Positions 14,350-23,753 of a DNA stretch of 24,251 nt are shown one piece after another. The notes below the pieces were generated by a model. The model did no database searches, was not told the DNA's origin, and saw nothing but the letters and a program-made list of their open reading frames with translations. Source of the stretch: a virus (lineage: Duplodnaviria > Caudoviricetes); the IMG/VR virus record IMGVR_UViG_3300048578_000401, positions 1 through 24,251 of that record, one strand, 5' to 3'. Position 1 is the first letter of the stretch; every line of letters starts with the position of its first letter. The position numbers and the translations under genes were made by a program.

Positions 14350-14610
14350 ATGGTAGCCGACATCAAATGTCCGAATCCTGAACGTCAGTGCCTGATCGAC
14401 CCGATCGATCTGACCGATCGCATGGCCCGCATGGAGACCAAGCTCGACCAGATCATCAAGGATCAGGATGAGGCCAAGAAGAACGTCTCGACGGGCATGT
14501 CCGGCAAGACGGTCGCGGGCTGGAGCATCCTCAATACCGGACTCCTCGTGGGGCTCTATGAAGGCCTTCGAGCCTATCTGGCCTCGAGAGGGATCCATTT
14601 CGGTCAATAG
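14350..14610 (+). CDS. Small membrane protein (coiled coil plus C-terminal TM; holin-like position)
   Basis: DRMARMETKLDQII followed by a hydrophobic segment; first gene after the terminators; GAGG SD. Confidence 0.65.
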   Translation: MVADIKCPNPERQCLIDPIDLTDRMARMETKLDQIIKDQDEAKKNVSTGMSGKTVAGWSILNTGLLVGLYEGLRAYLASRGIHFGQ

Positions 14611-14646
14611 TGTTTTCAACCTTTTTTATTTTATAGGAGATGGAAG

Positions 14647-15177
14647 ATGAAGAGTCGACTGATCACGCGAGTTACGTTGTTTGTGTTTGCCCTGCTGGGG
14701 TTGCCCGGATGCACCCAGCTCCAGAACCTGACCGATATCGGCACAGGCCTGCTGGGATTTGGTCGTATGACCGGCGATGGTGTCCGATCCATCATCGGAT
14801 GGTTTACGATGATGTCGGTTGCTTTCGCCCTGTTCGTTGGGGTGGGCGGTTGTTCTCAGGAATCCCGGCACAACATGGCCCGAGATGTCGTTTATGTGGC
14901 ATCGGCCCTGGATGATCTGGGGTATGAAGGTGAGATTAACGGGACGATTGACCCCTCCAGCTCGACAACGTTGGGAGCAGGAGGTCTTTCTCATGTCTCC
15001 AAGACTGTCGTCAATTTCAATGTCAAAAAGACCGGGCAAACCAAGGCCAAGGACAAGTTGCTGTGTCCCTGGCTGGCCGATCCGTATGCCAATACGCTCG
15101 ATAATGTGCCGATCACCGAACCCTCTGGCCCGATAGTCATGCCTGCCACGCAACCGGCAACGAAGGAGCCTGACTAA
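14647..15177 (+). CDS. Putative lipoprotein with two lipobox-like signal segments
   Basis: MKSR..LFVFALLGLPGC and internal FTMMSVAFALFVGVGGC; AGGAG SD. Confidence 0.7.
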   Translation: MKSRLITRVTLFVFALLGLPGCTQLQNLTDIGTGLLGFGRMTGDGVRSIIGWFTMMSVAFALFVGVGGCSQESRHNMARDVVYVASALDDLGYEGEINGTIDPSSSTTLGAGGLSHVSKTVVNFNVKKTGQTKAKDKLLCPWLADPYANTLDNVPITEPSGPIVMPATQPATKEPD

Positions 15178-15179
15178 CC

Positions 15180-15695
15180 ATGCAGACAAAAACCCTTTAC
15201 ATCATTTCCGGGGTTCTCCTGCTGACGATCGGCGCGTGTGTGAACACCAAAAAACTCACCGGCGCTGAGATCCTGCCCAGGGAACAATCTGGCAAGGTGA
15301 TTCAGGATCAGCATGCGGGTGGCAATCTGACCAACACCACGATTAATGTCGTGGGTGATGATGTCCTTCTCGCCGGGGCTGCAATCGGCGGCTTGATGGC
15401 GTTTGGCTGGTGGTACGCCGCTCATGGCCGAAAGATCCAGTCAACGGCCGTCTCGGAGATCGTCAAGGGGATAGAGATGAGCAAGCGAACGCTCAAACGC
15501 GAACTAGATAGTCCGCCACCTGTCAGGGGCGATGAGCCGGATGACGCTCCGGTTAAATGTCGTGTCAAGGATGTCCTGACCTGGATGAAGGTCTCGAACA
15601 ACTTCCATCAAACCGAAAGAACGCGGGCCATTGTCCGCAAGCTCCGCGGGAAACCCAAGAAGGAAACGACTGATGGCGAAACGAACGAAATATGA
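15180..15695 (+). CDS. Putative lipoprotein with internal transmembrane helix (possible spanin-like lysis protein)
   Basis: Lipobox IGAC at about residue 20; second hydrophobic segment VLLAGAAIGGLMAFGWWYAA; basic C-terminus. Confidence 0.65.
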   Translation: MQTKTLYIISGVLLLTIGACVNTKKLTGAEILPREQSGKVIQDQHAGGNLTNTTINVVGDDVLLAGAAIGGLMAFGWWYAAHGRKIQSTAVSEIVKGIEMSKRTLKRELDSPPPVRGDEPDDAPVKCRVKDVLTWMKVSNNFHQTERTRAIVRKLRGKPKKETTDGETNEI

Positions 15696-16182
15696 ACCGC
15701 TGTTTACCCAGATTGCTGAGGAGCTCACAGCCCTGTACGGCTGGCGACCCGGCGAGCTGGCCGCGGTGTTTCGTGTCGATGCCGATTCGGTCCAGGCCTG
15801 GCGAGAGAAGCGGGCCAACTTCAAAGAGGCGATCGAGCGAGGGCTTGAGCGATTTGACAAGGTGCGATCGGACCCCGAGCGGACCCGCAACGTCGAGGAA
15901 GAGCTCTACCGCCGGGCGGTGGGCTATGACTATGTCGAGGAAAAGGTCTCGATCGGACCCAAGGGAAAGACCGTCACGACGACCAAGTATCACCTGTCCG
16001 GGGATGTGGGAGCCCAGCGGACCTGGCTGCATAACCGCGACAAGGGACGGTGGCCCGAGAAGGTCGCCGAGGAAACCGGCGGCGACAAGACCGAAAACAA
16101 CGACTTTTTCATCGTCCTGGATGCCAATGCGATGGCCGGGAAGTTGAAGGATCAAAAGAAGAAAGAAGACAAAGCCGAGTGA
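15673..16182 (+). CDS. terS: Terminase small subunit
   Basis: R.TKY, N-terminal HTH, VEEELYRRAVGYDY, DVGA...WL.NR...W motifs; directly upstream of TerL; start moved to ATG 15673. Confidence 0.9.
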   Translation: MAKRTKYEPLFTQIAEELTALYGWRPGELAAVFRVDADSVQAWREKRANFKEAIERGLERFDKVRSDPERTRNVEEELYRRAVGYDYVEEKVSIGPKGKTVTTTKYHLSGDVGAQRTWLHNRDKGRWPEKVAEETGGDKTENNDFFIVLDANAMAGKLKDQKKKEDKAE

Positions 16183-17600
16183 TCGCTAACGCCGTAGACA
16201 TTCCGACGACCGCCAGACGCCTGGAGCTCCATGAGCGGCAGACGATCGCCTGGTCTACGCTCGATATGCCCAACGTGCGAGAGCTGCTCTATGGCGGGGC
16301 CAAGGGCGGTGGCAAGTCGGTCTTCCTGTGCGCCTGGTGCTTTGCCGAGGCCAAGCGGCTCATCCGCGAAAACAACCTCAAGCCCACCAAAAACCCGATC
16401 CCGGTCGGATGGATGGGACGCGTCCAGGGCAGCGACTTTATGACAACGACCCTCGAGACCTGGAAGGCCATCATCCCCGAGGACAAATACCGCATCAAAC
16501 ATTATTCGGGCACCTCCGGCGAGATCGTCATCGACGAGTGCGTCAAGATCGTCTTTTCAGGGTTGGACAACACCTCCAAGGTGAAAAAGTTCAACTCGGC
16601 CGAGTTCGTCTTTTTTGCCCTGGATCAGGCCGAAGAGGCGACCCAGGACCAGATCGGCGAGCTCCGAGGATCCCTGCGAAGGAAGATCAACGGCAAGGAT
16701 CAATGGTACCGGGCCCTCTTTACCGCCAATCCCCGGCAATGCTACCTGAAAGAAGAATTCATTGTATCCCCGATGCCGGAACGGCGATTCGTCCAGGCGT
16801 TGCCGTCGGATAATCCGCACGTCGCCGCCAACTACATCGAAACCCTGACCGCGGCTTTCCGACATCGTCCCGAGCTGCTCGAGGCCTACCTCCATGGCTC
16901 CTGGGATGCATTTGCAGATGATGATCAGATCATCCGCGATATGTGGATTCGGTCGGCCATGGCCCGACAGCTCTTTACCCCGGTCGAAAAACGATACCTC
17001 TCGGTAGATCCGGCGAGGTTCGGTAACGATGAGGCCGTTGTGCTGTCGTTTACGAATACCGACGTCGAAAAGGCCGAATGCCATCATAAACTCGATGCCG
17101 ACGCCCTGGCCACGAAGGTCCATCTGCGAGCGATCGCACACAAGGCCAGTGTTGTGGGGATCGATGAGATCGGCCTGGGCGGCCCTGTGGGCGATATCCT
17201 GGTGGCCCTGGCTGATGGTGCCTATGAGGTCATGTTCATCAATGGCTCCAATGCATCGAGCAAGCCCAAGATCTACGGCAATCTCAGAGCGGAAATCTGG
17301 GATACCGCCGCACAGATGCTGGCCACCGGCCAGGTCGTTTTGACCTGGGACGATGTGACCCTGCGGACGGAGCTCTGCACTCCCAAATACAGCTTTAAAC
17401 GCGGCCTGATGTACGTCCAGGACAAGGATGAAATCCGAGAGATCCTGGGCCACTCACCCGACCGCGGTGATAGCTACACCCAGGGACTCTGGATGTACGA
17501 GCGCGTGCCCAATGCGGCGGCTCACCCCGATCGGTACCGCAAGGAAAAAGGTGGCTATCGACGCCGCCTGCGAAATTCCGTTGGGGCTATGTCAGCTTAG
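16179..17600 (+). CDS. terL: Terminase large subunit
   Basis: Walker A YGGAKGGGKS, Walker B-like FFALDQAEE, coupling motif TANP, DNPH, nuclease VDPARFGND, IDEIGLG, SPDRGDS; GTG start overlapping the terS stop. Confidence 0.96.
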   Translation: MIANAVDIPTTARRLELHERQTIAWSTLDMPNVRELLYGGAKGGGKSVFLCAWCFAEAKRLIRENNLKPTKNPIPVGWMGRVQGSDFMTTTLETWKAIIPEDKYRIKHYSGTSGEIVIDECVKIVFSGLDNTSKVKKFNSAEFVFFALDQAEEATQDQIGELRGSLRRKINGKDQWYRALFTANPRQCYLKEEFIVSPMPERRFVQALPSDNPHVAANYIETLTAAFRHRPELLEAYLHGSWDAFADDDQIIRDMWIRSAMARQLFTPVEKRYLSVDPARFGNDEAVVLSFTNTDVEKAECHHKLDADALATKVHLRAIAHKASVVGIDEIGLGGPVGDILVALADGAYEVMFINGSNASSKPKIYGNLRAEIWDTAAQMLATGQVVLTWDDVTLRTELCTPKYSFKRGLMYVQDKDEIREILGHSPDRGDSYTQGLWMYERVPNAAAHPDRYRKEKGGYRRRLRNSVGAMSA

Positions 17601-17623
17601 AACCTTTTAGAGAGAGGAAATCC

Positions 17624-17878
17624 ATGTCAACGAAAAAGAAATCGAAACCGGCCCAGCCGACCGCTGGTGATGCGGAAACCCAAGCAGGGCCAGTAGAGGC
17701 CCAGGGCCTTATTCCCGATCGCAAACGTCCCTGGTTGGCCTGGGACGTCCAGCGAAACGAGCAGGAGAAGCGGAAAGCCGCCCTCGAGGCCAAGAAGAAA
17801 GAAGAAGCGAAAAAGTCCATCCTTTCGCCAGCGTTCGCGAAGAATCCGAACCTGGCCTGGGATCTGAAAAAGAGGTAA
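17624..17878 (+). CDS. Hypothetical basic protein with duplicated PxLAWD motif
   Basis: GAGG SD; PWLAWDV and PNLAWDL; fills the TerL-portal gap. Confidence 0.7.
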   Translation: MSTKKKSKPAQPTAGDAETQAGPVEAQGLIPDRKRPWLAWDVQRNEQEKRKAALEAKKKEEAKKSILSPAFAKNPNLAWDLKKR

Positions 17879-17881
17879 GTA

Positions 17882-19669
17882 ATGGTGACTGAAAACGACA
17901 GACTGGTGATGGTCAAAGATTTCTGGGACAACTCGAAATCGGAGAACCGCAACTGGATGGAACGGGCGAAGCTCGGCCGCCAGATGTGGTTCGGCAATCA
18001 ATGGGACGCCGACGATATGTCCTACCTGAAGGACAGCGGACGCCCGGCGCTGACGATCAACCGGATACTGCCCGTCATCAATGTATTATCGGGTACCCAG
18101 AGACAGAACCGAACCGATTTTCGGTGCTACCCCAGACGCGGTGGCCTGGCGGTCATCGCCCAGATTCTGACGGCGATGCTCAAGCACACGATGGACACCT
18201 CCAATGGTGACTGGGAGCTCTCCGACTGCTTCCTGGATGGTGTGATCGACGGCAAGGGGTGGATGGGGATCGATATCGATTATCTTTATGACCCGATCCA
18301 GGGCGATCTGGTGATCCAGAAGGAAAACCCCTTCGGCATCCTGGAAGACAGATCGGCCGTCGAGTACGACCTGAACAAGTCTGCCAAATTCATCATCAAG
18401 ACCTATTTCCGGGACAAAGATGAGCTGTCCCTGATGTACCCGCGAAAGAAAAAGGACCTGATGGGGGGAGGCCTGGAAAAAGAGGCCCATGAACGGCCGG
18501 ACATTGATGAGGACCCCGATGATGTCCTCCTCCAGGAGGACATGGTCAACCACAAGTACCGATTCCGCGTGAAAGAGTGCTGGTGGAAGTCTTACGACAA
18601 GATCTGGTACCTGGTGGATAAATCCGATCTCCAGGTGCGACGGATTCCAGCGAACAAGAAAACCATCGCCGAGCAGCTGATCCTGGGACACCCCGAGCAG
18701 TTTAGCCTGGTAAGCCGGATCGCACCGACGATGCACCTGACGACGACGTGCGGCGAGGTCGTCCTGGAGGACATCGTCAATCCTTTGGGCGATCTGGTGA
18801 TGTTCCCCTTCATCCGGTTTTGTCCGTACCACGTCGATGGCAACATCATGGGGGCGGTCGATAACCTGGTGGATGCCCAGCGGGAATACAACAAACGCCG
18901 ATCGCAGATGCTTCATCACCTCAATCAGACGGCCAACTCCGGCTGGATCGGTGACAATAACGCACTGACACCCTCCGGCTGGGAAGACCTGGAAGACTTT
19001 GGGGCCCTGCCCGGCAAGATCATCAAGAAAACCCCAGGCTCAGAACTGCGAAAGATGGAACCGAGTCCGATCTCCCAGGGGCATATGGACCTGGCCAATA
19101 TCTCCGGGACTGAGATCAAAGAGATATCCGGTGTGAATGCGGACATGATGGGCCATCAGTCCGAGGCTCAAAAGAGCGGCCGGGCAATGGAGATCCGCAA
19201 CCGCCAGGGGATGCTCGTCTCTGAGATCATTTTCGATAACTTTTCACGGACCGAACAGATCTTCGGGACCACGCTCACCGAAATGCTTCGGACCAGCGAT
19301 GGCACGCACATGTCTCGCATCTACTCGAACGAAGAGATTCGGGCGATCTGCGATGAGGCCAACCTGAATGTGGACCTGGAACAGATCCACAACTTCGCCA
19401 CCGGCCGGTACGGCATCAAGGTGGAGCAATCCAAGCATTTACCGACGGCTCGCATGAATCAACGCAATGAGCTGCTCGATCTGCGAGACCAAGGCGTCGA
19501 GATCAGCCCGATCCACATCCTGGAGCTCTCGGACAATCCCAAGAAGGATGAGATCATCGCCGACCTTCGACAGAAGGAAGAAATGCAACAGGCGATGATG
19601 CAGCAGCAGGCCCAGGCACAAGCCCTGGCTGCGGCTGCCGGTGCCGCACCAAAGGTGCCTCCCAAGTAA
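17882..19669 (+). CDS. Portal protein (P22/N4-like podoviral type)
   Basis: GNQW...GRPALTINRI.P.I..LSG, FPFI.F, G.V..L.DAQREYNKRRS, SGRAM..R..QG; Gln-rich C-terminal helix; position after TerL. Confidence 0.93.
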   Translation: MVTENDRLVMVKDFWDNSKSENRNWMERAKLGRQMWFGNQWDADDMSYLKDSGRPALTINRILPVINVLSGTQRQNRTDFRCYPRRGGLAVIAQILTAMLKHTMDTSNGDWELSDCFLDGVIDGKGWMGIDIDYLYDPIQGDLVIQKENPFGILEDRSAVEYDLNKSAKFIIKTYFRDKDELSLMYPRKKKDLMGGGLEKEAHERPDIDEDPDDVLLQEDMVNHKYRFRVKECWWKSYDKIWYLVDKSDLQVRRIPANKKTIAEQLILGHPEQFSLVSRIAPTMHLTTTCGEVVLEDIVNPLGDLVMFPFIRFCPYHVDGNIMGAVDNLVDAQREYNKRRSQMLHHLNQTANSGWIGDNNALTPSGWEDLEDFGALPGKIIKKTPGSELRKMEPSPISQGHMDLANISGTEIKEISGVNADMMGHQSEAQKSGRAMEIRNRQGMLVSEIIFDNFSRTEQIFGTTLTEMLRTSDGTHMSRIYSNEEIRAICDEANLNVDLEQIHNFATGRYGIKVEQSKHLPTARMNQRNELLDLRDQGVEISPIHILELSDNPKKDEIIADLRQKEEMQQAMMQQQAQAQALAAAAGAAPKVPPK

Positions 19670-19675
19670 GAGTTT

Positions 19676-19765
19676 ATCCCCCCGCAAACCGACAGCGGGG
19701 TTTCGCTAAATAGTCGGGTTCCCTCCCCTGAAGGGTTTATCAGGGTAACCGGGCCCCTCCGGCCC
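19676..19765 (+). promoter_or_regulatory. Multi-hairpin leader upstream of the scaffold gene
   Basis: CCCCGC/GCGGGG, CCCTGA/TCAGGG and GGGCC/GGCCC stems between the portal stop and the scaffold SD. Confidence 0.45.
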
Positions 19766-19787
19766 AGACAACGAAGGAGTGTATGAG

Positions 19788-20627
19788 ATGAGTAAGAAAG
19801 AACTGCACGAGATGGACCAGGCTGAATTGGATGCAATGCTCGAACAGGAAGAACAGGGGCATGGCGACGATGCACCGCCGGCAGAAACCGATGATGAAAC
19901 GCCGCCGGAAAAAGAGGATGAGACTTCCGTTGAAACGGAAGAAGAAACTCCCCCCGACTCCCGCGACAAACGCGGCTTGATCAAGGATCTGCAATCCGAA
20001 AGAGCCCGTGCCCGTCTACTGCGGGAAGAGGCCGAGGCCCTGAGGCTCGAGCTTGATGCGATGAAACGCGGCAAGAAAGCGGAGTCTGAACCCGAACCTG
20101 AACCGGAACCCGTAGAAGATCCTGAGGAGCTTCTCACGCGGGCCGAGGTCAAGGCTCTTCTGGAGAAAGAACGTGCCGCACTCAAACAAGCGGACATCGA
20201 ACGCATGGCCAAGGCCAAAACGGAGAACGCCAAAAAGTGTGTGGCCAAGGCCGAGAAGGAACTGACGGCAGACAAGACAGGTGTGGGCCTGGATTACAAA
20301 ACCGTCGCGAACCTGGGCAAGGACTCACTCCGGAAGGGCGACTTTGAAGAGATTCAGGAATCCGAGGACCCGGCCAGAACGTTCTACGAGCTGTGCCTCC
20401 TGCGAAATCCTGAGCTGCGGAAACGTCAGCAGATCCGCGAACGCGAAAAGCTGCTGAAGGAAACCCGCGGCGGCGGCCGGGTCACGCTCCCCAAGGGTGG
20501 CAGTGGGTCCGGCAAAGCGGAATCGGTGTTGGAGGTGGTCACTGGCGGCGGCCAGGACCCGGAATACGAAAGCCTGCTCGGGAAGTCTCAGAAGGAGCTC
20601 CTGGAGATGCTGGGCGAAGATGAATAA
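19788..20627 (+). CDS. Capsid scaffolding protein
   Basis: Acidic low-complexity N-terminus and coiled coil (LQSERARAR), between portal and capsid; ATG 19788 follows AAGGAG. Confidence 0.82.
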   Translation: MSKKELHEMDQAELDAMLEQEEQGHGDDAPPAETDDETPPEKEDETSVETEEETPPDSRDKRGLIKDLQSERARARLLREEAEALRLELDAMKRGKKAESEPEPEPEPVEDPEELLTRAEVKALLEKERAALKQADIERMAKAKTENAKKCVAKAEKELTADKTGVGLDYKTVANLGKDSLRKGDFEEIQESEDPARTFYELCLLRNPELRKRQQIREREKLLKETRGGGRVTLPKGGSGSGKAESVLEVVTGGGQDPEYESLLGKSQKELLEMLGEDE

Positions 20628-20698
20628 CGGTCGGGCGTGTGCCTGATCACGAAATTTAATTTTGTCCTGACCAAGCGTCGGACAGAAAGGAACGAATC

Positions 20699-21826
20699 AT
20701 GGGTGATACAGTTTTCAAAAGTTCTGCTCCGCAGACGGTCAAAATCTGGTCCGCGATGCTTTTCAAGGAAACGCGGGGTCAGATCTTTTTCGGCAAGTTT
20801 GTGGGCAAGGATGACAAGTCCCTGATCCAGGAGAAAGTGGATCTGAGCAAAGAGCGAGGCGACAAGATCGGCTTTGATCTTCGCATGAAGCTCTCGGGCC
20901 GCGGACGGACGAACGACCAGACCCTCGAAGGACAGGAAGAGGAAATGGTCTTCAAGCATTTTGCAACTCAGGTCTTCCTGCGGCAAAATGGCGTCAAGGC
21001 TAAAGGCAAAATGACCCTGCGTCGGACCAAGCACGACATCAAAGTCGAAGGTCGTGATGCCCTCGCCGACTGGATGGCCGAGATGATCGACGATGACACG
21101 GTGTTGGCCCTGTCCGGCTTGGAAAATCCGAGTCTGATCGACGATGACGATGTTGTGGTGCCGGCTGTGCCCCCATCCGCTAACCGCATCCTCTACGGCG
21201 GTGTCTCTCCGGCGGGTGTCGTGGGCATGGTGGCCAGCGACAGCCTGATCGCCAATACGAGCCACGCCCATTTGTTTGGGCCCAAGCTCCTGGAGATCCT
21301 CAAGCGCAAGGCCCAGCTCGTGCGGCCCAAGATCCGGCCGGTGAAGGTCAACGGCAAGGAGTATTATGTCTGTTTCATCCACCCGCTCCAGGCCAAGGCG
21401 TTGACCGCCTCGGAAGAGTGGCTGGCTGATCAGCGGAATGCGAACGTCCGCGGGACCGATAACCCGATCTTCTCGGGAATGCTCGGCATCTATAAGGGCG
21501 TCGTGGTCCACGAATACGAGCGGATTATGACCCGACTCGGCGAAGCGGGCAACGGGACCGGCTCTTACTTCGACATCCGAAGTAATACCGAGGACAATCT
21601 CCCGACGGGCGTGATGGCCGCTCGGGCGCTGTTCTGCGGGGCTCAGGCGGGTGTGCATTGCTACGCCCAGTACCCTGGCTGGTACGAGAAGGACTTCGAC
21701 TACAACCGAGTCCCTGGTGTGGCGACGGATGTGATCTATCGGGCCGACAAGACCCGGTTCACGCTCGACGGCGTCAGCGAGGACTTTGCGGTGATCTGCA
21801 TGGATACCGCGGTTGAAGAAGACTAG
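20699..21826 (+). CDS. Major capsid protein (N4-gp56 / DUF4043-like)
   Basis: VKIWS..LF.E, DLSKERGDKI.F.L...LSG.G, LEG.EE, IHP.Q...L, NPIFSG.LG.Y.GVVVHE, RALFCGAQA. Confidence 0.93.
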   Translation: MGDTVFKSSAPQTVKIWSAMLFKETRGQIFFGKFVGKDDKSLIQEKVDLSKERGDKIGFDLRMKLSGRGRTNDQTLEGQEEEMVFKHFATQVFLRQNGVKAKGKMTLRRTKHDIKVEGRDALADWMAEMIDDDTVLALSGLENPSLIDDDDVVVPAVPPSANRILYGGVSPAGVVGMVASDSLIANTSHAHLFGPKLLEILKRKAQLVRPKIRPVKVNGKEYYVCFIHPLQAKALTASEEWLADQRNANVRGTDNPIFSGMLGIYKGVVVHEYERIMTRLGEAGNGTGSYFDIRSNTEDNLPTGVMAARALFCGAQAGVHCYAQYPGWYEKDFDYNRVPGVATDVIYRADKTRFTLDGVSEDFAVICMDTAVEED

Positions 21827-21837
21827 TAACCACAGGA

Positions 21838-21863
21838 GGGGTCCCGGATAAGACCGGGGCCCC
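21838..21863 (+). terminator. GC-rich hairpin after the capsid gene (possible terminator or processing site)
   Basis: GGGGTCCCGG-ATAAGA-CCGGGGCCCC; no immediately adjacent U tract. Confidence 0.45.
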
Positions 21864-21886
21864 ATCCTACTTTTGAAGGGACCCGG

Positions 21887-22204
21887 GTGATGATGAAATT
21901 CTGGTTTAACGTTTTAAACCTCCGGCGAGAAAAGATCCTGTCCGGGATGACGGTGACGATCCTGGAGGCGGGAACCTCGACTCCGGCGGCCGTTTACCGC
22001 GATCCTGAAGGCAAGGATGTGATCGTCAATCCCATCACCCCGGCGATCTATGCGAGACTCTCGGGCTCAATCAACTTCTACGGCTCATCGAACAAGTACG
22101 ACATCCTCCTGGAGGATGACTATGGCCAGTGCCTGGTCTGCGGGGTCGGCGCTTTGACCCACCAGGTCTTTTTTGAGCGGATGCCCAAGGCGGTCCCGGA
22201 ATGA
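21887..22204 (+). CDS. Putative virion protein, paralog 1 (about 100-aa beta domain)
   Basis: SGMTVTI...AAVYRD...NPITPA.YA.L..INFY...H.VFFERMP shared with the next two genes. Confidence 0.8.
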   Translation: MMMKFWFNVLNLRREKILSGMTVTILEAGTSTPAAVYRDPEGKDVIVNPITPAIYARLSGSINFYGSSNKYDILLEDDYGQCLVCGVGALTHQVFFERMPKAVPE

Positions 22205-22800
22205 ACGGACTGATCCGATACAACCTGACGATCAATAACCTGGCTGGAGATCCCGTCTTGTCCGGACTGTCGGTGGCGATCTATGACGCCCAGGATCCAG
22301 CGATGTCCATGGCCCAGATCTGGAGGGACGACAGCAAGCAGATTGCGATCGCCAATCCGGTGACTCCGGCGGCGTATGCCCAACTGGACAACCATTGTCT
22401 GTCCTGGTGGGGCACTGCCCATCGGTATCGGCTCAGGATTGCGGATGTCTATGGCTGCTGCTGGGTGGAGGTCGGTCCCCTGGATCATACGGTTGTCTTC
22501 GAGCGGATGCCGATGGGATATAGATCTGTTACGGTGATCAAGGAATGCAGTGGCCCTGGCAACGGCATGCTCGGAACGATCATGATTAACAAGGCGACAG
22601 GAGATCCCAGGCCGGTCGCAGAGTTTAGCGGCAACACCTTCGCACTCGAGGCCGACGATGAGTCGATTACGATTACCTACTGGCAGATTGTCTTCACCGT
22701 GCCCAAGGGATTGAATCAGACGGCTCAATACGAATGGTGCGGCAATGGGCAATTCTACCACTGCTTTCCGCGGTGGATTGTCCGATGGAACGAACTATAA
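22201..22800 (+). CDS. Putative virion protein, paralog 2 (shared N-terminal domain plus unique C-terminus)
   Basis: SGLSVAI...AQIWRD...ANPVTPAAYAQL...WW...H.VVFERMP; ATGA overlap. Confidence 0.8.
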   Translation: MNGLIRYNLTINNLAGDPVLSGLSVAIYDAQDPAMSMAQIWRDDSKQIAIANPVTPAAYAQLDNHCLSWWGTAHRYRLRIADVYGCCWVEVGPLDHTVVFERMPMGYRSVTVIKECSGPGNGMLGTIMINKATGDPRPVAEFSGNTFALEADDESITITYWQIVFTVPKGLNQTAQYEWCGNGQFYHCFPRWIVRWNEL

Positions 22801-22822
22801 AAACTTTTATGAGGAAAAAACT

Positions 22823-23677
22823 ATGTTAGGAAGATTTGGTGAATCACAATTTTGGGTTCAATTCGTGGATCTCAATGGGAATCCGGTCTTGGGTACCATG
22901 GAAATCCGCATCAATAATCAATCGCGGCAGCTGGCCACGATCTATAAAGACGCGGTTCGAGGGGCCATGGCCAATCCGATCGTGACGACTCGTCCCCTGG
23001 AGCTGGAGAATGGAATCCTCCGCTGGTGGTCCGGTGAGCCCGTGCTCATGCTGGAGGTTCTGTACGGCGGCAGCCAGTTCTATATCTTCCGGGTCGATCC
23101 ATTTACCCACCGGCTCGTCCTGGATGCCAATAATGCCATCGACCAGGGGCTGGTCCTGAGTCTGCGGGAAACGGGTGAATCTCTGCCGAATGCGGCCGTC
23201 GATGTGGGCCATTATGTGGAGTATGGTCCGCCCTATGAGTACATCGGCACGAGTCTTCGACCGGGCGACATCCTGCGGGTTCACGCCCAGGTGGAAGTGG
23301 AGGATGTAACGGCTCTTAATACCCTGGATGTGGCCCTCCTGATGACGGCACCCGGCCAGGATCCCCCGATCGTCCTGATCGCAACGGGCGATCTGCAGCC
23401 CGCTGCGGCCGCCGACCTGATCGATCTGAGATTTGACCTGGTGATCCGAGATCTGGACACGGCCGCAGATCCGGCGAACATCAGCGGATTCGGCTACATC
23501 ATGACCAAGCTCGGGGCGACCGAGGCCTCCAGGGTTCATACCATGGCCGTTGGACGAATCCCGCTGACGGGTCTCTTTGGGATCACCGTTGCCGGCGACT
23601 ACTCGGCCTCCGCGGTGACGAACCTTTCGCACCTGAAGGAATTTACGGTTGAATTGGTCCGATACCGACGAATCTAA
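22823..23677 (+). CDS. Putative virion protein, paralog 3 (shared N-terminal domain plus beta-rich C-terminal domain)
   Basis: GNPVLG...ATIYKD...ANPIVT...GILRWW...THRLV; GAGG SD; start moved to ATG 22823. Confidence 0.8.
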   Translation: MLGRFGESQFWVQFVDLNGNPVLGTMEIRINNQSRQLATIYKDAVRGAMANPIVTTRPLELENGILRWWSGEPVLMLEVLYGGSQFYIFRVDPFTHRLVLDANNAIDQGLVLSLRETGESLPNAAVDVGHYVEYGPPYEYIGTSLRPGDILRVHAQVEVEDVTALNTLDVALLMTAPGQDPPIVLIATGDLQPAAAADLIDLRFDLVIRDLDTAADPANISGFGYIMTKLGATEASRVHTMAVGRIPLTGLFGITVAGDYSASAVTNLSHLKEFTVELVRYRRI

Positions 23678-23753
23678 AAACGGGAGGGCCCCTGGTGCAG
23701 GTCCTCTCCGCTGTGCCGGGGGCCAATTCCCTTAACCCAAGAGGTTAACCAAA

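Noticed and set aside
16610-16640. TerL Walker B reads DQAEE instead of DE, suggesting an inactive ATPase
   Set aside because: All other motifs are intact, and I recall DQxEE variants in other phage terminases; not evidence of pseudogenisation.
20086-20112. GAACCN repeats
   Set aside because: They encode the EPEPEPEP linker of the scaffold; protein-level low complexity.
20588-21865. Long antisense ORFs (425 aa here; also 16557-17453, 18086-18919, 3728-4570, 22844-23632)
   Set aside because: Shadows of GC-rich + strand genes with strong codon bias; no motifs or SDs.
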